DNA of 64,000 nucleotides, taken from NCBI GenBank assembly GCA_042216675.1, contig JBDGTS010000016.1:18829-82828 (forward strand), written 5' to 3'. The notes beneath the pieces were generated by a model. It saw only the letters and a program-made list of their open reading frames with translations, ran no database searches and was not told where the DNA came from. Below are positions 47,855 to 57,279 of the stretch, one piece after another; the first letter of the stretch is position 1; every line of letters starts with the position of its first letter. Both the position numbers and the translations under genes were made by a program. The stretch comes from Halobacteriaceae archaeon (GTDB lineage Archaea; Halobacteriota; Halobacteria; Halobacteriales; Halobacteriaceae).

Positions 47855-48115
47855 CTACCGCCGACCGGTGACGTAGAGGATGGGGCCCAGAACGATCAGC
47901 CCGATGCCCAGAAGCGAGTAGTGGAAGGGGGCCATGCTCTGGGGGAGAAGGAGGAACAGAACGCCGAACAGGAGGATGTTCAGCGAGAGGACCTTCCGTG
48001 ACCGGAGGGGCAGAACGCCCACGATGACGAGCAGGAACAACAGGAGTACCGCCTGCCCCACGTTGTACGGCCGCAGGAGGTCGTCGATCAACTGCAGCGG
48101 AACGAACGGCGCCAT
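47855..48115 (-). CDS. Small conserved membrane protein
   Basis: 86 aa, three hydrophobic helices. Confidence 0.7.
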   Translation of the reverse strand: MAPFVPLQLIDDLLRPYNVGQAVLLLFLLVIVGVLPLRSRKVLSLNILLFGVLFLLLPQSMAPFHYSLLGIGLIVLGPILYVTGRR

Positions 48116-48168
48116 TAGCCGACAGTCGCCCCGATACAGCCTTTAATCTTTCGAGGTCCGTCGGGCGG

Positions 48169-48306
48169 TCAGGTGACGGCCTCTATCTCCGCGGACCCGC
48201 AGGCGGGACAGTTGCGCCGCTCCCGCTCGAAGCGGTTCGCGCAGAGGACACACTCGTACACCTCCTCTCTCCCGAGCTGTCGCGTGAGCGCTTTGACGAG
48301 CCCCAT
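48169..48306 (-). CDS. Small CPxCG-type zinc-finger protein (45 aa)
   Basis: MGLVKALTRQLGREEVYECVLC...NCPACGS; TATA-like AATTATAAG about 30 nt upstream. Confidence 0.75.
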   Translation of the reverse strand: MGLVKALTRQLGREEVYECVLCANRFERERRNCPACGSAEIEAVT

Positions 48307-48419
48307 CCTCGGTCCTTGGTACGCTCTCACACGACTTATAATTTGCCCATCGTTGTCTAGTTTCCGAGTTCTATAGATGAACGTCGAACGATATGGCGGT
48401 TTATATTGCTCTTCATGCG

Positions 48420-49745
48420 TTATGGGCCGAGATAACCCCACGCCTGCAGTCGGTCGCCGTCGCCGTCTATCCACCGCTCCCCGACGTCGTCGCGGTAGTA
48501 GAGGTTCGGGATGATGACGCTCCGCACCCGGTCGTAGGCCTGTTCTCGCGCGGCGGCCATCGTCTCGCCCTTGCCGCAGACGACGAGGGGCATCCCGTTC
48601 TCGCCGGCGGCGCGCCACTGGCCGTCGACTCGCTTCGCGTCCTCGATGTGGACGCCGTCGGGGCCGCTCCCGTCGCCGGGGCCGTCCTCGAAGACGATGG
48701 CGGCGTTCCGTGAGTTCTCGGCGTACGTCTTCTCGTCGTCGAACGGGAACGGCGGTAGGACGATTCGGACGCCGATTTGATAGCCCTCGTGGACCTGCAG
48801 TTTGGGGTCGCGGCCGTGGGCGAGTTCGTGGAAGAACGCTCCCGTCGGTGACTCGAAGGACTCCTCTTGCACGGTGATTGTCGGGTAGCCGAATCGGGGC
48901 GTGAACTCCAGCGGGAACGCCCCACGCTCGTTCACGATGCAGTTGACGTCGATGGAGCCGACGTATCCTTCGTCGGCGAGCCACCCCTCCAGTTTGCCGA
49001 GCGTCTCCTCGAACAGGCGCGTGCGGCCCGTCCAGAACATCGAGGTGCCCATCTCGCCCGTCTGCGGGCCGATGTTCCCCGGAAACAGTTTCTTGTGCTC
49101 GAAGTTGATGTTGATGGGTTCGACGAACTCTTCGCCGTTGAAGAAGCCACACACCGCCACCTCGACGCCCTCGACGCGGCGCTGGAGCTGGAACCCCTTC
49201 ATGCGGTGCCCCCACGCCGTCTCGTAGGCCCGCAGGACGTCCACCACGTCGCTCCCGTCGTCCTCGCGTCCGACGTAGAGGAGGCGCTTGACGTTCTGCA
49301 CCTCGCCGAGTGGCTTGATGACGTAGGGCGCGGGGTTCGCCTCCACGAACTCGACGGCGGCGTCGAAGTCCGAGAACTCCCGGTGGTCGAGGACGTTCAC
49401 GCCGTGGTCGCCCAACACCTCCATCGCGTAGCCGCGGTCCTCTTCGAGGCTGTCGGTGGCGGGCGTGCCGCCGACGACGGCGTGCCCGTCGGCCCGCAAC
49501 TCCTGTGCGATTTCGCCGGTGCCGACGTCGTCGCCGACCCAGATGTCGTCGAAGATGACCACGTCGGCCCAGTCGAGGTCGGCGCGCCAGTCCTCCGTCT
49601 TGGCGACGAACCCCTCCGCGATGTCCCGGTCCGTCTCGGACTCGACGTAGTAGCGCACGTCGTGGCCCTCGCGCGCCACCTGCCACGCCACGTCGCCGAT
49701 GAGGGCGGCGTCGAGCGAGCAGAACAGGAAGTTCTCGGATTCCAT
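48420..49745 (-). CDS. PurD/GARS-like ATP-grasp ligase (divergent paralog)
   Basis: 'PYVIKP.G', 'EHKKLFPGNIGPQTGEMG', 'LEFTPRFGYP', 'YYRDDVG'; lacks the PurD N-terminal GxGGREH. Confidence 0.75.
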   Translation of the reverse strand: MESENFLFCSLDAALIGDVAWQVAREGHDVRYYVESETDRDIAEGFVAKTEDWRADLDWADVVIFDDIWVGDDVGTGEIAQELRADGHAVVGGTPATDSLEEDRGYAMEVLGDHGVNVLDHREFSDFDAAVEFVEANPAPYVIKPLGEVQNVKRLLYVGREDDGSDVVDVLRAYETAWGHRMKGFQLQRRVEGVEVAVCGFFNGEEFVEPININFEHKKLFPGNIGPQTGEMGTSMFWTGRTRLFEETLGKLEGWLADEGYVGSIDVNCIVNERGAFPLEFTPRFGYPTITVQEESFESPTGAFFHELAHGRDPKLQVHEGYQIGVRIVLPPFPFDDEKTYAENSRNAAIVFEDGPGDGSGPDGVHIEDAKRVDGQWRAAGENGMPLVVCGKGETMAAAREQAYDRVRSVIIPNLYYRDDVGERWIDGDGDRLQAWGYLGP

Positions 49746-49970
49746 CACCGAGGGGTCGCGCGGCGCGGGCAAAACAGTTCGCCCCGCCTCGGCCGCGCGT
49801 CTGAGGGTGACGTGGATGCGTTCGGGAGGGGCCACCGCGTCGCCGTCACTGCGGTGGGCTATCTCGTTGCGTTCGACGCCGCGCTCGTCCTCGCGTCGGG
49901 CATCGCCACGGCCGAGTGAGGGGATTGCCGGTCCACAAACCCCTTTCCCTGCCCGACGCGTGCAGTGGGT

Positions 49971-50819
49971 ATGGTCATCGAGAACCAGAGCGACACGTTC
50001 GACGTCGGCGGCGAGACGGTCCATCGACTCGGCTTCGGTGCGATGCGGCTCACGGGCGACCACATCATCGGCGACCCCGACGACAGGGAGGCGGCCAAGG
50101 CCGTCCTCCGGCGGGCCGTCGAACTCGGCGTCGACCTCATCGACACCGCCGACTCCTACGGTCCCGGCGTGAGCGAGACGCTCATCGGGCAGACGCTCGG
50201 CGACACCGACGACGCGATGGTCGCAACGAAGGGCGGCCTGCTCCGCTCTCGCGACGGCGACTGGATCAAGCACGGCGACCCCGACTATCTGGAGGACGCG
50301 GTCCTCTCCAGTCTGGACCGCCTGCGCACCGACGAAATCGACCTCTACCAGTACCACCGGCCCGACCCCGACGTGCCGTTCGAGGACTCCGTCTCGAAAC
50401 TCGCGGAACTGCAGGACGCCGGTCTCATCAACCACGTCGGTCTGAGCAACGTCAGCGTCGAGCAACTCAGCACGGCGCGCGACATCGTGGACGTGGTGAC
50501 AGTCCAGAACCGCTTCAACCTCGACGACCGCTCCTCGGCGGACGTGCTCGCGGCGTGTGAGGACGCCGGCGTCGGCTTCATCCCGTGGGGACCGATTCAC
50601 ATGGGCGACGGCGAGGCGGCCGAGGTCGCCCACGAGGTGGCCGACAGCCACGACGCCACGCCCCAGCAAGTCGCCATCGCGTGGCAACTCGAACGCTCGC
50701 CCGTGATGCTCCCCATTCCCGGCACCTCCTCCATCGAGCACCTCGAAGAGAACGTGGCCGCGACGGGCCTCGAACTCACCGACGACGAGGTCCGCCGGCT
50801 CACGGCCGCCGGCGAGTAG
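49971..50819 (+). CDS. Aldo/keto reductase
   Basis: 'LGFGAM', 'IDTADSYG', 'ATKGG', 'DLYQYHRPD', 'PIPGT...HLEEN'. Confidence 0.92.
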   Translation: MVIENQSDTFDVGGETVHRLGFGAMRLTGDHIIGDPDDREAAKAVLRRAVELGVDLIDTADSYGPGVSETLIGQTLGDTDDAMVATKGGLLRSRDGDWIKHGDPDYLEDAVLSSLDRLRTDEIDLYQYHRPDPDVPFEDSVSKLAELQDAGLINHVGLSNVSVEQLSTARDIVDVVTVQNRFNLDDRSSADVLAACEDAGVGFIPWGPIHMGDGEAAEVAHEVADSHDATPQQVAIAWQLERSPVMLPIPGTSSIEHLEENVAATGLELTDDEVRRLTAAGE

Positions 50820-52175
50820 ATGCCCCCGACCCGGCGTCGACTGCTCGGCGCGCTCGCGGGCGCGGCCGGTCTCGCCGGCTGTGGCACGCCGCTCGGCGGT
50901 GAGTCGGCCACGGCGAGCGACGCTCCGATAAGCGACGCCGGGACGACCACTGCACCCCCGCGCGACGGCTTCCCGGCCCGCGTCGGGGTCGACCCCCTCG
51001 CCACGGGCTTCGCCGCCCCCATCGCCTACGAGACGGTGCCGGGGGAACCCGGCGGTTTCGTCGCGGACCAAATCGGCCTCGTTCACCGCGTCGTGGAGGG
51101 GACGGTGGCCGACGCACCGTTTCTGGACCTCCGCGACCACATCGTTTCGCTCCGCGACGCCTACGACGAACGTGGCCACCTCGGCCTCGCCTTTCACCCC
51201 GACTTCGGCTCGAACCGCCGGCTCTACGTCCGCTACAGCGCGCCCCGCCGCGAGGGGACCCCAGCGGACTACAGCCACACGTTCGTCCTCTCGGAGTTCA
51301 GGGCCCGGGAAGACGGCGCGGGCGTCGTCGAGGGCTCCGAGCGCACCCTGCTCGAACTGCCGGAGCCACAGGGCAACCACAACGCCGGCGGCCTCGCCTT
51401 CGGCCCGAGGGGTCACCTCTACGTCGGCACCGGCGACGGCGGCGGGGGCGGCGACAGCGGCCGCGGCCACGCCGAGGACTGGTACGACGCGCTCCCCGGC
51501 GGCAACGGGCAGGACGTGACGGAAAATCGCCTCGGGAGCGTCCTGCGCATCGACGTGGACGACCGGACGGGCGACCTGCCGTACGGCATCCCGTCCGACA
51601 ATCCCCTCGTCGGCCGCGACGGCTACGACGAGCAGTACGCGTGGGGGTTCCGGAACCCGTGGCGCATCAGCGTCGACGGCGCGGACGTGTACGTCGCCGA
51701 CGTGGGCCAGACCCGCTTCGAGGAGGTGAACACGCTCGTCGCCGGCGGCAACTACGGCTGGAACGTCCGCGAGGGACGGGCGTGCTACGGCGCCTCGTCC
51801 TGCCCCAGCGAGACGCCCGCGGGCGACCCGTTTCGGGACCCGAACGTCGCCTACGCGCACGACGCCGACTCGGGACCCAGCGGCCAAGCCGTCATCGGCG
51901 GCCACGTCGCGCGCGGCGACGCGGCACCGGCGCTCCGCGAGCTGTACGTCTTCGCGGACTGGAACGCCGAGGGCCGCCTGTTCCTCGCGGACCCGAGCGG
52001 CGGCGGGCAGTGGCCCGTCCGTGTGGCCGAGATGGTCTCCGGCGACGTCCGGGCGCCCGGCAGTCGCGTCCTCGGGTTCGGTCGCGACGCGGCCGGCGAC
52101 CTGTACGTCTGCTCGACGGACCGCAGCGGTCCCAGCGGGTCGAGCGGCGCGGTCCACCGCCTCGTCGCGCCCTGA
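50820..52175 (+). CDS. PQQ-dependent sugar dehydrogenase family (GSDH) Tat lipoprotein
   Basis: 'TRRRLL...LAGC' Tat + lipobox; 'ERG.LGLAFHPDF', 'NHNAG.L.FGP', 'GFRNPWR', 'GGNYGW'. Confidence 0.9.
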   Translation: MPPTRRRLLGALAGAAGLAGCGTPLGGESATASDAPISDAGTTTAPPRDGFPARVGVDPLATGFAAPIAYETVPGEPGGFVADQIGLVHRVVEGTVADAPFLDLRDHIVSLRDAYDERGHLGLAFHPDFGSNRRLYVRYSAPRREGTPADYSHTFVLSEFRAREDGAGVVEGSERTLLELPEPQGNHNAGGLAFGPRGHLYVGTGDGGGGGDSGRGHAEDWYDALPGGNGQDVTENRLGSVLRIDVDDRTGDLPYGIPSDNPLVGRDGYDEQYAWGFRNPWRISVDGADVYVADVGQTRFEEVNTLVAGGNYGWNVREGRACYGASSCPSETPAGDPFRDPNVAYAHDADSGPSGQAVIGGHVARGDAAPALRELYVFADWNAEGRLFLADPSGGGQWPVRVAEMVSGDVRAPGSRVLGFGRDAAGDLYVCSTDRSGPSGSSGAVHRLVAP

Positions 52176-52586
52176 CTATTCGAGGTCCTCGAGGTAGTCG
52201 AACTGTGCCTTTATCTCCCTCGTGCGCTGGCGGGTGATGACCGTCGCGTCCAGCGCCGACCCGAGGACGGCGGTGCCGAGTTCGAACTCCGTCGTCGCCG
52301 TCACCTCGCTCCCGCCGTCCGCGGGCGCCACCCCGTAGCGGGTGACCATCGAGTCGAAGATGCCCTCCCGTTGCTCGTAGACGAGGGCGTCGTCGGCCTC
52401 AGTGTCGACGTCGAGGGTCAACTCGATGCGCACCAGCCCCATCCCCTGCGCGATTTCGAGGGTGTCGCCGTCGGAGCGCACTTCGTCGAACCCGGCGGCG
52501 CGCATGAACGGTTCCACGTTGCGGATGGCCGCGCGCACGTCTTCCGGCGGCGCGTCCACGTGTCGGGTGAGGGTGACGGTTGCCAT
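52176..52586 (-). CDS. SRPBCC family protein
   Basis: 'VTLTRHVDAPPEDV', START-like pattern. Confidence 0.75.
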   Translation of the reverse strand: MATVTLTRHVDAPPEDVRAAIRNVEPFMRAAGFDEVRSDGDTLEIAQGMGLVRIELTLDVDTEADDALVYEQREGIFDSMVTRYGVAPADGGSEVTATTEFELGTAVLGSALDATVITRQRTREIKAQFDYLEDLE

Positions 52587-52629
52587 ACCCCGACTTCGGT
52601 CAGCGCCACAAAGAAGCCTTTGCGGAACG

Positions 52630-53166
52630 CTACCCCTGGACCGGGATTTTTCCGAGGGTGACGACTGTCGCCCGGGTTCGCGTCTCCGTGCCGTGCGTCG
52701 TGGTGACGACGGTCAGACGCGTCGGCGTCGCGTTCGGCGGGAGCGCCCACGTCTCGGTGACCGTCGCCGACTCGCCCGGCGGGATTTTTCCGGTGGTGGC
52801 CCCGCCGCTAGCGCTCGCGCCGTCTGTCGTCGTCACCGTCTCCAGCCCCAGTTCGTAGGGCACGTCGCCCTCGTTCCTCACCGAGACGGTGAGTTCGAGG
52901 GTCCACGTCTTCGCGCCCTGCCGGAGGGCGCCGTCGCTGAGGCGGGCCACGACGTCACCCTCGACGGAGAGCGTGTCGCCGATGCCGACGCCGGTTCGCG
53001 TCGTCGGCTGGTCGTTCTCCGCGTCGTCGCTCCCGCCGCCGCCAAACTGGCTCCCGAGCAGGCCCGCGAACGTGAGCCCCTCCACCAGCACCGGGATGCC
53101 GACGGCGAGCGCAATCACGATGCGGAGGAGCGTCCGCCGGGACGTGCCGTCCCCGCCGTCGCTCAT
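52630..53166 (-). CDS. Membrane-anchored exported protein, last gene of the ba3 operon
   Basis: 'SRRTLLRIVIAL.VGIP..VEG.TF', Ig-like C-terminal part; ATGA overlap with cbaA. Confidence 0.7.
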   Translation of the reverse strand: MSDGGDGTSRRTLLRIVIALAVGIPVLVEGLTFAGLLGSQFGGGGSDDAENDQPTTRTGVGIGDTLSVEGDVVARLSDGALRQGAKTWTLELTVSVRNEGDVPYELGLETVTTTDGASASGGATTGKIPPGESATVTETWALPPNATPTRLTVVTTTHGTETRTRATVVTLGKIPVQG

Positions 53167-54848
53167 ACCGGGAACGGCGCGCTCCCCGGCCCGAGCGGGC
53201 CGCCGGACATGACCATGCCGGCAAGCGGGACGCCGTAGGCGATGACGACCAACACCACGGCGATGACGGCCCAGAGTCGGAGGTTGTCGAGCACTTTCGG
53301 TCCGTCCGCCGCCCCCGAAATCGGGGCCGGAATCGTCCCGTTCACGTCGATGGTGGGGGTCCGCTGGGAGAGCCACGTCGAGACGAGGACGTAGAGGAAC
53401 AGCACCAACGAGGTGAACAGCAAGATGCCGCCGATCGCGATTTGGGCGCGCATCTCGCCGATGCCGCCGACGACGCCCTCGAAGGTGATGCCCGCGTCGG
53501 GGTACTGTGGCTCCGCGGTGCGCCGCGGCACGCCCGCCAGCCCCGCCCGGTGCATCGCGTTCGACATGAGCGTCATGCCGAGGAACCACAGGTAGGGCTG
53601 GACCAGCGCGACGGACTTGTGCCGCAGGCGCTTCCCTGAAATCTGTGGGAACAGCCAGTACGTGACGGCCATGAACGTCAGCGCCGCCGCGGTGCCGACG
53701 GTGAGGTGGAAGTGCCCCGGCACCCAGATGGTGTTGTGGACGAGGTAGTTGATGTTCATGCCGGCGTTTATCATTCCGGAGAAGCCGCCGGCCGCGAACA
53801 TCAGGCCCGCGAGCGCGCCGCCGACGAACGCCGGCGAGTCCCACGGGAGCGCCCGGAGCCAGCCGAGATAGCCTTCACCGCCCTGCTGGCGCGCGCCGTG
53901 TTCGAGGCTCGCGACGACGGTGAACGCGGTCAGCAGACTCGGGAGCAAGAGGAACATCGTGTTCGTCATCGCGAGGAACTTGTAGCCCTCCGGCACGCCG
54001 GGGTCGACGTACTGGTGGTGGAAGCCCACCGGCGTCGAGAGGAGGAGGAAGAGCAGGAACACCACCCGCGCGAGCGGGTCGCTGAACAGCCGTCCGCCCG
54101 CGAGTTTCGGCAGGATGGTGTACCAGACGAAGTACGCCGGCAGGAGCCAGAAGTAGACGACTGCGTGGCCGAAGTACCAGAACAGCGTCCGGGTGAGAAG
54201 CGGGTCCACCTTCGGGATGAGCCCCAGCGACCACGGCAGGAGGAAGACGAGGACTTCGACTGCGACGCCGGCGCTGGAGAGATACCACATCAGCATCGTC
54301 GTCAGCACCATGAACGTCTGCAGGGGGATGCGCTCGTCGGGGTTCTCGGCCCGCCACGCGCGGTACGTGCGGAACCAGTCCAGTCCCGCGAGCCACGAGC
54401 CCACGACGAACACGGCGAGACCGACGTAGAACAGCGGATGGGCCTCGAGTGGTGCGTAGAACGTGTAGAGCACGTCCGCGCTCGTCGGGATTCCGGCCAC
54501 GACGCCGCCGAGGATGGCCACTGCGGCCATCACCGCGCCGGCCAGCATCGTCCAGAACCACGCCTGCGTGAAGCGGTGGTCGACGGCGCTCCGGTCGAGG
54601 CTCCGGGTGACGCCCCACGTGAACAGCCCGGCGAGGAAGAACGTCGTGAACACCAGCGCCAACAGCACGCCGTGGCCGGTGAGGATGGTGTAGTAGTCAG
54701 CCGAGGAGACGAACCCCCGGAAGACGCCGGTCCGGTGGAGCGCCTGTATCAGGCCGAAGAAGCCGCCGATTGCGAGCGCTCCGAACGCGACTGCGAAGTT
54801 CCACCGCACGATGCGCGCTTCCTCTGGGTAGTCGTCGACGAACGTCAT
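53163..54848 (-). CDS. cbaA: ba3-type heme-copper oxidase subunit I
   Basis: 'LTGHG', 'LFWYFGHAVVY', 'GFHHQY', 'HNT.WVPGHFH', 'G.PRR'. Confidence 0.93.
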   Translation of the reverse strand: MTFVDDYPEEARIVRWNFAVAFGALAIGGFFGLIQALHRTGVFRGFVSSADYYTILTGHGVLLALVFTTFFLAGLFTWGVTRSLDRSAVDHRFTQAWFWTMLAGAVMAAVAILGGVVAGIPTSADVLYTFYAPLEAHPLFYVGLAVFVVGSWLAGLDWFRTYRAWRAENPDERIPLQTFMVLTTMLMWYLSSAGVAVEVLVFLLPWSLGLIPKVDPLLTRTLFWYFGHAVVYFWLLPAYFVWYTILPKLAGGRLFSDPLARVVFLLFLLLSTPVGFHHQYVDPGVPEGYKFLAMTNTMFLLLPSLLTAFTVVASLEHGARQQGGEGYLGWLRALPWDSPAFVGGALAGLMFAAGGFSGMINAGMNINYLVHNTIWVPGHFHLTVGTAAALTFMAVTYWLFPQISGKRLRHKSVALVQPYLWFLGMTLMSNAMHRAGLAGVPRRTAEPQYPDAGITFEGVVGGIGEMRAQIAIGGILLFTSLVLFLYVLVSTWLSQRTPTIDVNGTIPAPISGAADGPKVLDNLRLWAVIAVVLVVIAYGVPLAGMVMSGGPLGPGSAPFPV

Positions 54849-55376
54849 CTATGTCGTCACCTCGGTATCGTTGAAGAACTGCGAGCGCGGAACCACCTGT
54901 ATCGTCCCGGCCATGTCGTGGTGGCCGGAGCCACAGTACTCGTGACAGACGAGGCCGTACTCGCCCGTCTCGGAGAACTTCACGGTGATTTCGGCCACCT
55001 GCCCGGGGATGACCATCGTGTTCACGTTCGTCCCGACGACGGAGAAGCCGTGAACCACGTCGGCGCTCGTGACGTGGAACGTCACGCGCGTGTCCGCGGG
55101 CACCCGAATCGGCGACGCGGTCCCCGGTTGGAACAGGAACTGGCGGGCGACGACGTAGGCGTCGGCGGTCAGTTCGCCGTCCTCCGTGGTGGCCCGCACG
55201 CCGGGGTCACCGAACTGCGGATGGTCACCGAGCGAGTCCGCGTCGATGGTGCCTCCGCTGTCGTCGACCATCTCGACGCCGACGACGACGGTGCCGTACG
55301 TCACCGTCGAGATGAAGAGGACGATGAGCAACAGCGATGCACCGGTCCAGAGTTTCTCGAAGCGATGTATCTCCAC
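54849..55376 (-). CDS. cbaB: ba3-type oxidase subunit II (CuA)
   Basis: 'MEIHRFEKLW', 'DVVHG', 'CHEYCGSGHHDM'. Confidence 0.93.
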   Translation of the reverse strand: MEIHRFEKLWTGASLLLIVLFISTVTYGTVVVGVEMVDDSGGTIDADSLGDHPQFGDPGVRATTEDGELTADAYVVARQFLFQPGTASPIRVPADTRVTFHVTSADVVHGFSVVGTNVNTMVIPGQVAEITVKFSETGEYGLVCHEYCGSGHHDMAGTIQVVPRSQFFNDTEVTT

Positions 55377-55382
55377 GTCTGA

Positions 55383-56240
55383 TCACCCCACCACCGTCGG
55401 ACCGTTGCCGAGGAACTCGACGAAGTACATGAACACCCAGAGCGCTATCAGGAGGAGGAAGTACACGACGATGAGCGACGCCGTGCCGACCGGGTCGTAG
55501 TCGTCGTGCCCGAGTTCGCGGTCGGCCTCCCGTTCGGGCGCCTCCTCGGTGTGGTCGACGCCCCCCTCCGGAATCTCGGCCGCGCGGGCCTGTTTGGCCT
55601 CGCGACGGGAGCGGAGCGTCTCCGCGCCGAGGACCGCGAGGACGCTCGTCACGAGGATCGTGCCGACTGCGGCCAGAAACGTCTCCTCGAAGCCGTTGCC
55701 CGGGGGCTCCCACGACCAGCCGCCCCCGCCGGAAGCGGTCGACACCTCCACGTCACCGACGATGATGGCGCCTTTCATCCCGAGGCTCCGGTGCGGGCGA
55801 CAGAAGTACGTGTAGACGCCCGTCGTCTCGAACGTGTGGCTGGCGCTGAAGCCCGTGTTGTGAATGTCGGTGATGCCCTCCCAGTCGGTGGGCGACTGCT
55901 CGATGACGACGTTGTGCGTGTTCGACACCCACTCGAAGGTGATGGTCGTTCCGGGGTCGACGCGGACGGCCGGCGGCCCGAAGCCGTACGGGCCGGCGCT
56001 CGTCGAGACGCCGACTTCGACGGTCACTTCGTCCTGCCCGCGCCGGTCCGCGACGCTCTCGAAGTTCGGCACGTCACTGAGCCAGTCCCCGATCGAGGCG
56101 CTTTGGGCGCTCGCGACGCCCGTGGCGCCCGCCGTCACCGCGCCAGCGGTGGCCGCGGCCCGCAGCGTCCCTCGACGGGTCAGTCGCCGGTCGGTTCCAC
56201 TCGCAGTCTCCGGTCCATCGCCTGTCCTGCCCCCGTTCAT
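55383..56240 (-). CDS. Halocyanin (Tat) fused to a small ba3 oxidase subunit (CbaD-like)
   Basis: 'LTRRGTL' Tat; type-1 Cu ligands 'HNV' and 'YFCRPHRSLGM'; C-terminal 'DYDPVGT..LIVVYFLLL..LWVFMYFVEFL'. Confidence 0.82.
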   Translation of the reverse strand: MNGGRTGDGPETASGTDRRLTRRGTLRAAATAGAVTAGATGVASAQSASIGDWLSDVPNFESVADRRGQDEVTVEVGVSTSAGPYGFGPPAVRVDPGTTITFEWVSNTHNVVIEQSPTDWEGITDIHNTGFSASHTFETTGVYTYFCRPHRSLGMKGAIIVGDVEVSTASGGGGWSWEPPGNGFEETFLAAVGTILVTSVLAVLGAETLRSRREAKQARAAEIPEGGVDHTEEAPEREADRELGHDDYDPVGTASLIVVYFLLLIALWVFMYFVEFLGNGPTVVG

Positions 56241-56348
56241 CACACGTACGCCGATCAGGGCTTGCCGGGGTGACAAAAGGCAGTGTGCGTTCCCAACGAC
56301 TCGGAATTCACCCCACAATTTTACGTATACGTTCGCGACTGTCCGAAC

Positions 56349-56534
56349 ATGATCGCACTCTCGCCGCGTCAGGTCGCGCTGGTGGGGCTGTTGGCGCTCG
56401 CGCCGGTGGCGGCCTACGTCGCGTACAGCAAGACGGCGTTCGTGACGCTCACAGTGGCGTGTGTCCTGCTCATCGTCGGGAGTCTCTGGACGATGTTCCG
56501 ACCGGAAGCGGAGGCCAGCGGCGCGCACGCCTGA
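56349..56534 (+). CDS. Small membrane protein, ba3-oxidase associated
   Basis: 'LSPR..ALVGLLALAPV', two TM helices; divergent from the halocyanin gene. Confidence 0.65.
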   Translation: MIALSPRQVALVGLLALAPVAAYVAYSKTAFVTLTVACVLLIVGSLWTMFRPEAEASGAHA

Positions 56535-56544
56535 CGTGCTGGGA

Positions 56545-57279
56545 ATGGGAACGGGGGCTCCGCCGGACGGGGCGAGCGTCGGCCTGTTCGCGGTGCTCGG
56601 TCTCGTCGGGAGCGTCCACTGCCTCGGGATGTGCGGTCCGCTCGTGGGCCTCTACGCCGACCGGATGTCGACGGACGACGCGCGGGGGCCGACGGCGACG
56701 GCCATCCGACAGCACGCGCTGTTCAACGCCGGCCGGACCGTCTCCTACACCGCCATCGGTGCGCTGATGGGGGCACTGGGCGCACTCCTGTACGGCGCGG
56801 CGTCGCTCGCGGCCGTCGGCACCGCCGTCCGCGGCGGCACGGGCGTCGTCGTCGGCGTCCTCGTCGTCGCGGCCGGCGTGGGCTACGTCACGCGCGGCAC
56901 GGCGACGGACCTCGTCTCCGGCGTACCGTGGCTGGGCGGCCTGTTCGGCCGCGCGCAGACCGCGCTCCGCACTCGGGTCGACCGCTGGGTCGACGGGCCG
57001 GGCGTCGTCGCTCTCGGGATGCTCCACGGCCTGCTCCCCTGTCCCCTGCTGTATCCGGCCTTCGTCTACGCGTTCGGCACCGGGTCGCCCGCGACGGGGG
57101 GGATCTCGCTCGCGGCGCTGGGGCTGGGAACCTTCCCGACGCTGTTCGTCCTCGGCACCGTCGCCGACGCCGCCGCGGTGCCCCGGCGCTCGCTCCTCCA
57201 CCGGGCGCTCGGGGCGGTTCTCGTCGCGTTGGGCGCGCTCCCGCTCATCCGTGGTCTCACACTCCTCGCCGACCTATGA
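56545..57279 (+). CDS. DsbD_2/TauE-like membrane protein (oxidase/copper biogenesis)
   Basis: 'GSVHCLGMCGP', 'FNAGR..SY', 'HGLLPCPLLY', 'LGLGTFP'. Confidence 0.85.
   Translation: MGTGAPPDGASVGLFAVLGLVGSVHCLGMCGPLVGLYADRMSTDDARGPTATAIRQHALFNAGRTVSYTAIGALMGALGALLYGAASLAAVGTAVRGGTGVVVGVLVVAAGVGYVTRGTATDLVSGVPWLGGLFGRAQTALRTRVDRWVDGPGVVALGMLHGLLPCPLLYPAFVYAFGTGSPATGGISLAALGLGTFPTLFVLGTVADAAAVPRRSLLHRALGAVLVALGALPLIRGLTLLADL

Noticed and set aside
48420-49745. Calling this gene purD
   Set aside because: Key PurD motifs are changed, so it is reported as PurD-like only.
49812-49919. 35-aa hydrophobic GTG ORF (MDAFGRGHRVAVTAVGYLVAFDAALVLASGIATAE)
   Set aside because: Could be a remnant or microprotein, but it has no clear promoter or recognisable motif.
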